The notes: generated by a model from the sequence alone, not told the origin. Counted from the whole stretch's first letter, positions 39,677 through 53,039 are shown. The stretch: 63,367 nt of DNA, filler included, from Octopus bimaculoides (GCF_001194135.2; 5 parts of 5 records of this genome joined end to end with filler, not necessarily neighbours in it), one strand, 5' to 3'. Numbers and translations are program-made.

Positions 39677-40046
39677 AACATATAGTTCGGATTTCCAAAA
39701 CATTTCCGCTGACCATATTCATTCAGAAGACATTCATCTGTCCACGTCAGCAGCCGAAAACTATTTCTCCAAGTTGCCAGCAAAGTGAATAAACTCATAA
39801 GCAGGCAGATACCGCGGAATATATATGTGAATCATGTTCTGTCTGGTTGTTTTCTTAACATTCTAAGCCTAATAATACACACTCATTATTCTTCTACCTT
39901 TCTCTATTTACCTGTCTATCATATTTTTGATTACTGCATTTATCTATCAGTTTCACTGCATTAGCATAGTGATTAAAATGCAAATATTTACGCATTCCTT
40001 GAAGAATGACCAGAACATCTTTCGGTTTGAAGGTAATGAGTAAATG

Positions 40047-40270
40047 CAGGGTGTTCAGAAAGTCTCTCCGCAGTGAATTATTTTCATCTTATGCATGCGC
40101 AACTTGGCTGTCATGAGAATCAACGTATATATTGAAAATGAAGGACGACACTTTAAAACATCTCTGATAAAGTTTTTTAAAGTTTTGTAAAGTCTTATAT
40201 ATTCTTTTGTAACTTTATAAATTATTTTGCAATAAAATACTAACTGCGGAGTGACTTTTTGAACACCTTG
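40047..40270 (+). mobile_element. Tc1/mariner-type non-autonomous element (MITE-size deletion derivative)
   Basis: 28-bp TIRs cagggtgttcagaaagtctctccgcagt and reverse complement caaggtgttcaaaaagtcactccgcagt. TA at right and TG at left. Internal RINVYIENEGRHFK resembles a transposase C-terminus. Confidence 0.8.
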
Positions 40271-40544
40271 TATTTTTATACCTTAATGAAAATAAAAATT
40301 AAACCGATATTTTCTCCCACAAACAATCCCGTGTAAAATTATTTCTGGTAAACTTGTATTCTTGTCGTATATTTATAAAACTTGAATCACCTCATATTTT
40401 GCTCCGTGCAAGTTGGTCAACGTATTTTAAAGATTGTTCTTAAGATTGTTCTTAAGATTGTTCTTTGAAATTGTTCTATTGCTTTCTGGAATAGAACTAA
40501 CACCAAGGTAATCGTCCCAATATTCAAAATCTGCCACCTGCTGT

Positions 40545-40775
40545 ACTCTTTCACCACAACTTTCTCTCACTCTTTCTTCTTGGTTCTGTTGTACCTGTAC
40601 TTCAAAGGACCAGACTTGTCACACTCTGTCACGCGGAATCTCCCCGAGCGCTACGTTAAGGGTACATGTGTCTGCGGAATGCTGAGCCGCTTGCACGTTA
40701 ATTTCACGAGCAGGCTGCTCCGTTGATCGGATCAATTGGAACCCTCGTAGTGGTAACCGGTGGAGTGCCTCGATA
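40545..40775 (+). mobile_element. 3' tail module of the SINE family also seen at 3765-4075
   Basis: gtacctgtacttcaaagg...gtcacac...tacgttaagggtacatgtgtctg...cacgttaatttcacgagcaggctg..ccgttgatcggatcaa.tggaaccctcg. Confidence 0.6.
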
Positions 40776-41552
40776 TTTTAACCGGTATTACTGACTTTTA
40801 GTTCTATTACAAAGTAGACGGATGTGTACAAAAATACTTATCCATTTAACTTTTACGAAGAGCAGTTTTTAAAAATTATCTTCATACTATCATATCTAAA
40901 CATCCAACACTTCGGCGTAGAAATCAAATTGACGGGTTGATGAGATTTTACATACGAATATAATTAGACAGCGTTAAAACCTATTTCTTATACAACGGTT
41001 TCTTCAGATTTGATTGATCTATCGACAGGGCATTGAATTCGATGGAGAAATATGTATATTACAGATTTCGGATTGTCAGCACGAAATATATGTTGGTACT
41101 GTTCGATGACACAGTAGAATTTGAAGGAAAAAATTTAGAAAAGATCATCTACCATCATAATTTCTTTTTGATCTTGGTTTTTGATACATTCATTCTTGAA
41201 TTCTTCAGGAAAGTATCATGTCTTATAACAATTTTTCTCATTAAGTTCGAAAGACAGGTATCGAGATGAAGAAGAAAAATCCAAGAGGAAATAAGTTAAA
41301 GTGCTGACGACGATCTCAAAAAAATGGAAATCGTAAGGAGGACGCAAGAATAAAAAAGTAAATGAAAAAAATAAACGATGGAGATGAGTAAATTAATAAA
41401 TGCATGATATTACAAATAGTTTACATCATCCTGGGGTGAAAAAAAATGAAAATATTTGACAAGAGAAATTACTAGAATCCAAAATTGAGATATATTAGAT
41501 CCGAAATAGAAATAAATGTTCAAAAATTGGATTGTGTGATTATTACACCCAA

Positions 41553-41567
41553 ATAATAATAATAATA

Positions 41568-41664
<97 letters not shown>

Positions 41665-41690
41665 TAATGAAAATAAAAATGATAATAATA
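41553..41690 (+). repeat. (TAA)n microsatellite
   Basis: Direct reading. Confidence 0.95.
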
Positions 41691-41753
41691 ATAGAATATA
41701 CTGATGATAATAATTGTTATATATTTACCTCGTGCACGCTCTCTCTCTCTCAC

Positions 41754-41786
<33 letters not shown>

Positions 41787-43677
41787 ATAACATTATATAT
41801 ATACACATAATATCATATATATGTGTGTATAAATATATAAGATTATATATTTGTATATATATATATGTATTTTGTATGTATGTATGTATGTATGTATACA
41901 TGCATGTATGAATGTATAGAGAGTGCAGTAATTAATCTGTATAATATATATTTGGAAACGACATGCTGTACTGCCTGGCATTGACTCCGGAAGCTCCAAT
42001 ACGAGCATTTCAGAGGGTTTGGACGTCAATCCGAGGACATGTACTGAGAGTGATAAAAAATTAAATATCTAGGTACTGCTGCCATGGGTCAAGAGGGTGG
42101 CTTCTGGAAGACCTTATCCCTGGCAACAGGTCTCTGCACCATCCCACACAAGCAGGAGCACCCAGCCATTGCTGTGATACAATTTCTGCGACCACATGCA
42201 GTTAGAGAAACAATTAAATAAAAAAAAACATTGTTTCTTATAAAGAAATCAATTGTCCTTATGTATGGCGACTTTTGAATCACCCTGCACATTTCTAGGT
42301 AATGCGTGAAAATTAAAACAGCTGACTTCCGTTGCCAGTCATTAAGATAACTAATTATCGGGGCTATGATAGCTTTTATTTCTAGCAAAACTGGTACTGG
42401 ATAGATCCCTGAGTCACTTTAGCGTCGAATGTATTTCTAACTCTCGTTTGTAAAATTGCGAACAAGCCACTCTTATTATTTATAATTTTCATTTTACCGT
42501 ATAGGAAATAGGCGTCTGGTTTCTATGATAATCTTATAAACTGAAAAAGCGAGTTGAGTTTAACCCAAGGCGCTAGGTGAGAGTCAGTGACGGGCGTTAA
42601 TATAGATGCGAAATCAACATGATCTGGATTAAGCCTGGCGCTGAGGGAGCTTGATTCCCTTGTCAGTCATTAAGATAAGTGCTTGTCATGGCTATGAGTT
42701 GTTTTACCTTTTATTTCTAGCAGTACTGGTGCTGCCTAGTGCCTCAGTCACGTTAGTGACGTATATATATATATATATATANNNNNNNNNNNNNNNNNNN
42801 NNNNNNNNNNNNNNNNNNNNNNNNNNNNNNNNNNNNNNNNNNNNNNNNNNNNNNNNNNNNNNNNNNNNNNNNNNNNNNNNNNNNNNNNNNNNNNNNNNNN
42901 NNNNNNNNNNNNNNNNNNNNNNNNNNNNNNNNNNNNNNNNNNNNNNNNNNNNNNNNNNNNNNNNNNNNNNNNNNNNNNNNNNNNNNNNNNNNNNNNNNNN
43001 NNNNNNNNNNNNNNNNNNNNNNNNNNNNNNNNNNNNNNNNNNNNNNNNNNNNNNNNNNNNNNNNNNNNNNNNNNNNNNNNNNNNNNNNNNNNNNNNNNNN
43101 NNNNNNNNNNNNNNNNNNNNNNNNNNNNNNNNNNNNNNNNNNNNNNNNNNNNNNNNNNNNNNNNNNNNNNNNNNNNNNNNNNNNNNNNNNNNNNNNNNNN
43201 NNNNNNNNNNNNNNNNNNNNNNNNNNNNNNNNNNNNNNNNNNNNNNNNNNNNNNNNNNNNNNNNNNNNNNNNNNNNNNNNNNNNNNNNNNNNNNNNNNNN
43301 NNNNNNNNNNNNNNNNNNNNNNNNNNNNNNNNNNNNNNNNNNNNNNNNNNNNNNNNNNNNNNNNNNNNNNNNNNNNNNNNNNGACTGAAAAGAAATCTTC
43401 GCTATTTTACCTTTTTTTACAACTTCGCCATAGGTAATTGGCCACTGGTGATTCCATTTTACAGATATATTCTCTGGAGTAAATTGCTTGTCAAGAGATT
43501 CAATGTCGCATCTACTCTCCCGTTGCAACCTATCTTGCTTTCTAATGCAAGTAAGTATTGGAAGCGAAATTCCATTACAAACTATATAATGACTACGATT
43601 AAATACAGAAAAGAAAAAGTTGTGCCAGGCGAAGTTTGAAATGTGGTGGCTGCTGCTGCTGACTTCCACAGTGATGC

Positions 43678-43708
<31 letters not shown>

Positions 43709-43919
43709 GGTGGTTGAGGCTGGTTAGAGTTGTGGCGATTGCATGGGTGGAACTGGTGCTGTCGGTGAATATAATACTATTAAATATTAAGTTAAATACT
43801 TTAATAAAATCATATTGGAATTGAAAGTTTAAAATTCTACGCAATTGATTTTTCGTTGTTGGTAGAACTTGCAAGCAGTTCATATGGGAACTAATATATA
43901 TATATATATATATATATAT

Positions 43920-44019
43920 NNNNNNNNNNNNNNNNNNNNNNNNNNNNNNNNNNNNNNNNNNNNTTAATTAATTAANNNNNNNNNNNNNNNNNNNNNNNNN
44001 NNNNNNNNNNNNNNNNNNN
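43920..44019. other. Artificial assembly spacer
   Basis: 44 N + TTAATTAATTAA (43964-43975) + 44 N. Confidence 0.95.
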
Positions 44020-45529
44020 ATATATATATATATATATATATACATATATATGTATATCCGCGATATACAAATTTAGAGCAAAGTAATTGTATTTATAAAG
44101 GCAATATGAGATATTTCAACACTTAAACGTGTTGCTTATAAATATGTGCACCACACGTATGTATACAAACATTCACCTACATACATACACAAACACACAC
44201 AGACATATATATATATATGTATGGATATGTGTATATGTGTGTGTGTATATATATAAGTATTTCTGTGCACGTGCAGTTGTTTGCCTTTTTTCTCTCACAT
44301 GCAAAATGCTTTGACTGAGCTCCGCATTTCTTAAAGTTTCACCTCCTGAAGTCTACGAAACTTTCTGCAACGAAACCCACAATTAAACTGTTGCATGTTC
44401 CTCGCTTTCAATTACCCCAATCAGTTCTCGGTGTGGACATGTGTTTGTGTGTTAACGGACTGACGTTTGATAGCAAAAACCCCAACCAATTACTTGTGGA
44501 CTATCATGCTTCCAGTGTATGTGATATGCATTGCCCCTATATCTTCGATTGAGCACACCACTTTCACATTCAACACTGCTTAGTTTTATATACAGATCCA
44601 ATACATCACTGGAACTGTATAAATTTGTAAATCGTTCCAGAAGTTTATCATTTAAATGTATATGAGCATGTCTAGATATGCAACTATATGCATGAGAATA
44701 CATACATAAAACAAAACATACACGACTTCACACATACATACATACATACATACATACATACATACATACATACATACATACATACATACACGCATACATA
44801 CACGCATACATACAAAAAATACCCAGTTGCTGATGTTGAAATTCCAACGAAGGAACCTTGGATCTAGGTTAGAAACCGGCTCTTTCTTTATTGACAAGAA
44901 ATCTGAAAATAAAATTGAACAACGACATACAAACATACATACATACATTCATACATACATACATACATACATACATACATAAATAAATAAATGCATACAT
45001 ACATACATATATACACGCACATATGCACACATATTTTACCCGCAAGACATAGTTCGCGATAAAATAAATACGGTTAACATTCAAAATGTATTGAGTTCTT
45101 TTTTGTATGCATCTTGCTCTGCCTAAGTACATGTTTAGAAATATATATTTATATATGACATGCATAATACACATACGCTCCCCCGAAAAGAAAATATATA
45201 CATGTATATACATATAAATATACACATATATATGCATATATATATACATATATATGTATCTATGAATTCTATGTNNNNNNNNNNNNNNNNNNNNNNNNNN
45301 NNNNNNNNNNNNNNNNNNNNNNNNNNNNNNNNNNNNNNNNNNNNNNNNNNNNNNNNNNNNNNNNNNNNNNNNNNNNNNNNNNNNNNNNNNNNNNNNNNNN
45401 NNNNNNNNNNNNNNNNNNNNNNNNNNNNNNNNNNNNNNNNNNNNNNNNNNNNCTGTTATTTTTAAATTCCTTATAAGGTTTTCTTTTCTTGGTATTCTGA
45501 GCAAATATTTGCTGATCAATTTCTTTTAT

Positions 45530-45607
45530 CACCACCATCACCATCATCATCACCATCACCATCACCATCACCATCACCATCACCATCACCATCACCATCA
45601 CCATCAC

Positions 45608-45652
<45 letters not shown>

Positions 45653-45765
45653 CTTGGTCGTATTCATCAATATCAATGATGGTGGCGGTCGTCATATAGG
45701 GTCTTATTCGTGTTATTGTTATTCTATTATCATTATTATCATTATTGTTGTTGTGGTTGTTGTGG

Positions 45766-45799
<34 letters not shown>

Positions 45800-45800
45800 A
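45530..45800 (+). repeat. (CACCAT)n/(CAT)n and (GTT)n arrays
   Basis: Direct reading. Confidence 0.9.
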
Positions 45801-46473
45801 GCTGTAGTTCTTGCTAATATTATCACTGCCTACCATCTCGCAATTTCAAAAAAAAAAAAAGCAAAATATTCGTTTCTTATTTTTCTTGTTGATCTAGTTA
45901 TTATTTATTTCGTAGTTGTTGTTGTTGTTATTGTTTGTATATATTTATGTCTTCTGATTAGCTGGAAATCAGTCTACTATCTTATTTTATATTGATCTAT
46001 ATGCTTCTTAATGTTTTAGCATATTGTTTTGTTGTTGTTCTTTCGTATAGAATCATAATTGAATTGTATTGAATAGCGCTTGCTGGTCTTTTGTTGCCTT
46101 TAGCACACACTCACACACACACACATATATATATATATTTGTATGTGTGTGTGTGTGTGTGTGTGTATACATATATAAAAATATATATATATTTATATAT
46201 ATATATGTATATATATATATGTATGTATTTATGTATACGTGTATACAAGCTTGTGAGTGTGTAAAATTTGTATGCATATCTGTAGTTATATCTCTTTATC
46301 TGTTTCTACTTCTATGTGTATATGTTTGGGTGTGAGCGTGTATATAAGTAGATGTATGTGAATGTAAACATGCGCAGTTGTCCATATGTGTATATAAGTG
46401 CACACACAGACACACAAACCACACACCCATCATATATATATGCATTTACGTATGTGTGAGTATGTATACACAC

Positions 46474-46556
<83 letters not shown>

Positions 46557-46649
46557 TATATATATGTATATATATATGCATATGCATATAGACAGACAGA
46601 CAGACAGGCAGTCAGACAGATAGATAGACAGACAGATAGATAGATAGAC

Positions 46650-46708
<59 letters not shown>

Positions 46709-46959
46709 AACCTACACATACACATGCACACCGAAATATATAATGGGTCTCAATTTCAAACTATGAGTGCTCCGTTGTTTGGACAACTAAACTACTAAAG
46801 GCATTGGATTCATGTGTATGAGGCCGAGTATTCCATAGACGTACATACACAGAAAGTATAATCCTTCGGTTCTACAAAATATTTAGCAGGTTCTATTTTG
46901 ACTTTTCAAAAACACCGCAAATCTCAAAAAGTCTCCCGTATAGTTTTCTCCTGCTCAAT

Positions 46960-47432
46960 TTCCTTCCCGACATCTAATGACAATCAAGTGGTAACGCGTG
47001 TCGTGCCATCTGACAGCGTTTTGCGAGAGAGAGAGGGGGGGGGCAAGTTCTTCCGCTTCTCAGTGCTCGACTTCGTCGTCGGTCTCTGGTGATGCAGATG
47101 CTGATAATAAAGTGATTTGACACTTTCTGTCTATCCTTGGAAATCTGACCAATGTTATTATGGAAACAGCATCTGGTGCCTGATGTTTTGCTTGCAGTCT
47201 CTGCAGTCGCCCGTTGACCTGACAAAACAGAAGAACCACGGTGAGAGGCAGTGAGAGGCAGTGATAGCCGGAGTATCCCATAGTTTGTCGTCAGCTTTGC
47301 GGTACAGTACGATCAAGTGCAGAGTACGAGGTCTTTCTGTTGATCCACCACCACTATCTTGCACAGAACGGTCAGAGAGTACGGCTAGCAATTCTGCGAT
47401 ACTGTCATATGCCGATGGAAAGGAAATGTCTG

Positions 47433-47514
<82 letters not shown>

Positions 47515-48200
47515 CCTGTGTGCGTACGTATGCATACGTACCACCACCATAATCATTACAACCATCAACAACATAATCACCAGCTCCATCATCAATATCA
47601 ACACTACCACCACCAACACCACCGTCACGGCCACCACCACAACCACCTCCACCATCACCACCACCATAGCAGCTATCACCGCCACCAACATTATCACCAG
47701 CAGCATCACCACCAGCACCATCACCATCGCCATCATCACCAGCACCACCATCACCGCCATAGTCATTATCACCGCCAACACCAACGCCACCGCGACCACC
47801 ATCACTAGCAACACCGCCAAGACCACTGTCACCACCACCACCACCACTACCACCACCAACACCTCCACCAGCACCATCACCGCCAACACCACCCGCATTA
47901 TTATCCCCATCGTCGCCGTCATTGTCGTCATCGTCATCATCGAACGTTCAGTGACTAAATTTCTCAGATGAACTGATGAAGCTGGCTGCCATCGCGACGA
48001 CGCTTCGCTGCACACATCGCCTGCAATGTTACACTTCACTGAACAGGTGCAGTTGTAAACGTGTTTGCATTTGTTTTGCAGTGTGCAGTTGAGCGTGGGT
48101 TAGAGCGGGCGGACGGAGGTGGGGCTGAGGTGAGAGGGCGTGGAAAAAACAGACAAAGCCGCAACAACTAACAGAGGAGACTCTATTAGAAATAGAAGTC
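46960..48200. promoter_or_regulatory. CpG-rich region, candidate promoter / non-coding first exon
   Basis: Many CpGs relative to the window, GAGA and G-run at 47026-47044, Inr-like TCAGT at 47060, donor-like CG/GTGAGA at 47241, GC-box-like gggcgg at 48107. No homology recognised. Confidence 0.35.
47540..47940 (+). repeat. Highly degenerate (ACC/CAT)n low-complexity tract
   Basis: Direct reading. Source of the Thr-, His- and Val-rich ORF calls. Confidence 0.85.
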
Positions 48201-48609
48201 AAATCTCCCTCAAAAATCATACAGTATTATTTATTACAAGCAAATTTTAAAAATACAATAATAGGACATATATCATAATGTAGTCCTAGATACACTGTGC
48301 TTTGAAATACAGAACAAACAAAAATCATGATCTCCCGGTCATAATTTGTAATGTGGTTTGATAACAAGCCAACTGGACTACACATGACCGAGGGCGATAA
48401 AGAGACAACAATCACAAGAACATTTCTTGTATTTTTAACAATATCGCTTTTTACATTTCTTTACAATATGGTTTTCTATATTGTTGGGTTGTTACATTTT
48501 GTATTTCATTTTAGCGGGAGTTTTTAGTGGGTTTTTTTTATTGAATGCTGTTTTCTTTTGTTATTTATTTGTAGCTTATTTTTTCCTTCGCTTTTCGATG
48601 TTCCGCCTC

Positions 48610-48830
48610 CTTTAGATAATGGTCTCTAATTTAGGAACGCTACCAGCGATTTTGAGGGATCATTTCGATCGGCATCTTCGGCATCTGAGCTTGACTCCTA
48701 CTACATTATTTCCCCGAACTGCAGTGTGGTTGAAAGACAAAAATGCACTCGGCGGAATTTGAACCCAGAACATGAAAAGTCAAAAGTACTACCACAACGC
48801 ATTTTTTTCGACGTTACTCTCAACTCGTGG
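48610..48830 (-). mobile_element. Family A SINE, degenerate
   Basis: Reverse complement ttctgggttcaaattccgccgagtgca.ttttgtctttc. Confidence 0.55.
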
Positions 48831-49328
48831 TTTTTGCTTCATTAAGAAAAACAAATTTATGTTTATATATGATATGTTTATGTGTGCGTGTGTGCTGTGT
48901 GTTGTGTACTGTGTGCAAGTGGGTGTGCTTGGATGCCTCTAGAGGCGAGTAAATAATGAACATGTCCATACACTATCTCAAGTATTGAGTTGTGAAACAC
49001 ATACGCTTGCACTCTAACATACATGAGTACATGCTGTACAACACGCACGCACAAACATGTGTGTGTGTGTGTCTGTATATATAGATAGATAGATAGATAC
49101 ATATATACTTATATGTAAGTGTATACATATATATATGCATTTATATACGCACACATAAATATATACGCATATATGCATATCTTTTTTCTCTCTATATTTG
49201 CGCATTAAACTCATTTGTTTTCGTATTTCATGTTGTTCACTGTTGGTGATCTCCTGTACCCATATATACACACACATATATATATATATGTGTGTGTGTG
49301 TGTGTATGTATATGCATATATGTATTAT

Positions 49329-49368
<40 letters not shown>

Positions 49369-49478
49369 CCATATATACATGCATGCATATGTAAACAAGT
49401 ATATATGTCTGTTATAATGTATATATACATACATACATACATACATACATACATGCATATATGTATGGATGTATGTGT

Positions 49479-49530
<52 letters not shown>

Positions 49531-49880
49531 ATGTATTCAGTTTTATTTGTTCCTCGATAGAAACATTTTTCACAAACAGTCACAGACATTTGCAGTGATT
49601 TCACGTGGAAACAGTTGTTATTTCCTAAAACAGTTCCTGGCCATAATCAAATCTGTCTATGGTCCATTAATGGAACGGTATCATCGACTGACTGTCTCGT
49701 TATCTGTGGCTGAAGGTTCCAACAGATAAGATGGTGACGTTGGAGTCAGAATAAACATATCCATATAGGCATACACATATATACATATATGTATGTGTTT
49801 GTGTGCGTGTCTGTGTGTGGGTGCATTTGTTAGTGTGTGTAATAAGCATATACGGATGCATATATATATATATATATATA

Positions 49881-49980
49881 NNNNNNNNNNNNNNNNNNNN
49901 NNNNNNNNNNNNNNNNNNNNNNNNTTAATTAATTAANNNNNNNNNNNNNNNNNNNNNNNNNNNNNNNNNNNNNNNNNNNN
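49881..49980. other. Artificial assembly spacer
   Basis: 44 N + TTAATTAATTAA (49925-49936) + 44 N. Confidence 0.95.
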
Positions 49981-50072
49981 GTGAAAGGATGAGAATGATG
50001 GATAGAAGGATGGATGGATAGATAGATAGGCAGACAGACAGATAGATAAATACACAGATAGTTAGATAGATA

Positions 50073-50398
50073 GATCAGTACCCCCGGACTGGCTCATGTG
50101 CGGGCGACACATAAAATCTTTCGAGCGGGATCGTTGCCAGTGCCCCTGGACTGGCTCTTGTGCGGGTGGCACATAAAAGACACCATTTCGAGCGTGGCCG
50201 TTTTCGTGCGGGTGACACGTAAAAGCACCCACTACACTCTCTGAGTGGTTGGCGTTAGGAAGGGCATCCAGCTGTAGAAACTCTGCCAAATTAGATTGGA
50301 GCCTGGTGTTGCCATCCGGTTTCACCAGTCCTCAGTCAAATCGTCCAACCCATGCTAGCATGGAAGGCGGACGTTAAACGATGATGATGATGATGATG
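50073..50398 (+). mobile_element. RTE 3'-UTR-type fragment (or partner SINE) with (GAT)n tail
   Basis: gtgcgggtggcacataaaa modules, ggttggcgttaggaagggcatccagctgtagaaac, cgtccaacccatgctagcatgg...ggacgttaaacgatgatgat. Homologous to the reverse complement of 51309-51500. Confidence 0.85.
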
Positions 50399-51308
50399 GG
50401 ATTAAAAATTATTTCTGTTTTTCTCCAACTCCTTCCCTCATTTTCCATCCACCACAAGTACATACACACATATTCACACTACATGACTCTTAAACTTACC
50501 CTCTCACACATACATACTGTATAGTGACACACACCTGTCAACACACCTGCTGCTATTTCCTCTTTCCTTGTTTTTTACCTGAGTTCCACATTGACATCAA
50601 CAACCCATCTCCACTCAACTAGAAATCACATACCTATTATTCATGGTAATGAATACTTCCTGTATTCATTTCCAGGATGACCATCTGAAATAAGATATGG
50701 ACAATCCTCTTCTCCTTCCCTTAATTATCTCTCTTCTCAGTCTTAAAAGAAAATGTCTTTTGCTTCTATCCTTGTTGTCTTTTCCATTTTCACTTGGCTT
50801 AATACACAGACTTTGCTTTATATTTCTCATATTTCTTTGAATTATTTTTGCTGAGATGGACAAACACTAGGATAGATTTCATGATTTAATTCCTGCTTAC
50901 CCTCAACATCTTGGGGAGGAAAGGAAACTGGAATCTAAAGAATTAAGGAGCAATAAAACTAGACATTTTGATCTTCATCCCAAACTTCAAAAAAACATGG
51001 GTTTGATGAAAACATTTGAGACTTACTCATATTTAATATTATATAAAGGAATACAATGAAAGGAATATGAAAGTAAATGTTTGATGTTGTGGCTATCATT
51101 CATCATCCATGATGAAGTCATTTTAGTTTCAACACACAAATTTAAATCAAATCTCTTGCCAGGTAAGTAGAATTCTAAAATCAGTGAACCCCTCTCTCTC
51201 TCTCCCTCTCTGTCTGTCTCTCTCTCCCTCTCTTTCTCTCTATTTGTCTCTCTCTTTCTGTCTGTCTGTTTCTCTATCTCTCTCTGTATGCATGAATATA
51301 ATTAGGAG

Positions 51309-52790
51309 CATCATCATCATCATCATCGTTTAACATCTGCCTTCCATCCTAGCATGGGTTGGACGATTTGACTGAGGACTGGTGAACCAGATGGTTACAC
51401 GAGGCTCCAATCTGATCTGGCAGAGTTTCTACAGCTGGATGACTTTTCTAATGCCAACTACTCCGAGAGTGTAGTGGGTGCTTTTACGTGCCACTGGCAC
51501 GAAGGCTAGTGAGGTGGTACTGACAACGGCTATGCTCAAAATGGTGTATTTTACGTGCCACTTGCACAGGAGCCAGTCTAGCGGCACTGGCAACAACTTC
51601 GCTCGAATGTATTTTCACGTGCCACCGGCATAAGTGCCAGTAAGGCGACACTGATAACAATCACGCTCAAATGGTGCTATTTACGTGCCGCCAGCACGGA
51701 AGCCAGACAGCTGCTCTGGCAATGATCACGCTCAGACGGTTAGCGCTCCACTGGCAGGGGTGCCAGTCATTGAATTTGGTTCAATTACGATTTCGATTTC
51801 ATTTGCCGCAACAGATCTTCGTAAGCAGAGTTTAGTGTCCAATGAAGGAGAGGTTGGCATGGGTGCCAGTCGTCGAATTTGGTTCGATTTCGATTTCACT
51901 TGCCTCAACAGCTCTTCGCAAGCGGAGTTTAGTGTCCAATGAAGGTAAGGTATGCATAAGTGGGCTGGCTACACCCCTGGCAGAGGCCTCGGATTATGGT
52001 CTCACTTGGCTTGCCGGGTCTTCTCATGCACAGCATATTTCCAAAGGTCTCGGTCACAAGTCATTGCCTCGGTGAGGCATTATGTTCAAAGGTCGTGCTT
52101 CACCACCTTATCCCAGGTCTTCCTGGGTCTATCTCTTCCACAGGTTCCCTCAACCACTAGGGTGTGGCACTTTTTCACACAGCTATCCTCATCCATTCTT
52201 GCCACATGACCATACCAGCGCAATCGTCTCTCTTGCACACCACAACTGATGCTCCTTAGGTTCAACTTTTCTCTCAAGGTACTTACACTCTGTCGAGTAT
52301 GAACACTGACATTACACATGCATCAGAGCATACTGGCTTCATTCCTTGCGAGCTTACTCATGTCCTCAGCGTTCACGGCCCATGTTTCACTTCTATGTAG
52401 TATGGCTGTTTGTACACATGCGTTATCCAGTCTGCCTTTTACTCTGAGCGAGAGGCCCTTTGTCATCAACTGAGGTAAGAGCTATCTGAACTTTGAACTG
52501 GCTATTCTTGTTCTAGCAGCTACACTTTCAGTGCACCCCGCCCCCAGTAACTTGGTCACCTAGATAATGGAAGCTTTCAACTACGTTTAGTTTTTCTCCC
52601 TGGAATGTGGCAGAAGTTGTTTTCAGCACATTTTCAGTGTTTATTGCTCCTGAGCATCTGCCACATGCAAAAACTGGCTTCCTAGTTAGCCTTCCTTTGA
52701 TATTGCTGCCCCTCTTATGTATCCATAGCTTCATCAGCAGATAATATGGATTTCCCTTACGAGTTAATTTTGCAACACCCTGCTTCTTAT
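51309..52790 (-). mobile_element. 5'-truncated RTE-clade LINE: RT C-terminal part with Cys-rich insertion remnant, modular 3' UTR, (GAT)n tail
   Basis: Minus: KLWIHKR.SNIKGRLTRKPVFACGRCSG...KLNVVESFHYLGD...KGLSLRVKGRL.NACVQTAILH.SETWA...ERRLRWYGHVARMDEDSCVKKC...GRDRPRKTWDKVVKHDL. Stops and frameshifts present. Confidence 0.92.
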
Positions 52791-53039
52791 ACGATAGAGA
52801 AAGAAATCAAATGATAGTGAAAGAAATTCATATCACACAATCTAACTTCTTTCATCAATAAATGTGTGCCTGATTGTTAAAATGATTAATGCTATAGCTG
52901 TTTTAAGAGAGATTAGTGTACAAAAATAGTGGAATGCTATATTAACTGCCTAACAAATTTTGCTTTCTTGAACCTTCCATTGATTCCTTTCTACCAGTAA
53001 TCTAATAGAAATAAGATTTGCAAGTGTACCCATTTAGTA

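Noticed and set aside
40715-40770. Similarity of the reverse complement to the 5S rRNA A-box region (ggttcc..tccgatca.cggaa)
   Set aside because: It is short and antisense to the SINE, whose tRNA-like head is at the other end in the 3765-4075 copy.
41049-41108. Kinase-like ITDFGLS peptide on the plus strand
   Set aside because: The frame is closed by stops on both sides within about 30 codons, splice signals are weak and no other kinase motifs are nearby.
47515-47990. Gly/Asp-rich minus-strand reading (DDDDNDGDDGDNNAGG...) downstream of MAASFISSSEKFSH
   Set aside because: An in-frame TGA separates them, and similar degenerate GGT/ACC tracts occur elsewhere (12260-12620) as non-coding repeats.
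51127-51168. Perfect donor CAG/GTAAGT with a possible 36-nt micro-exon
   Set aside because: One such 9-mer is plausible by chance in a window this size, and the peptide is unrecognisable.
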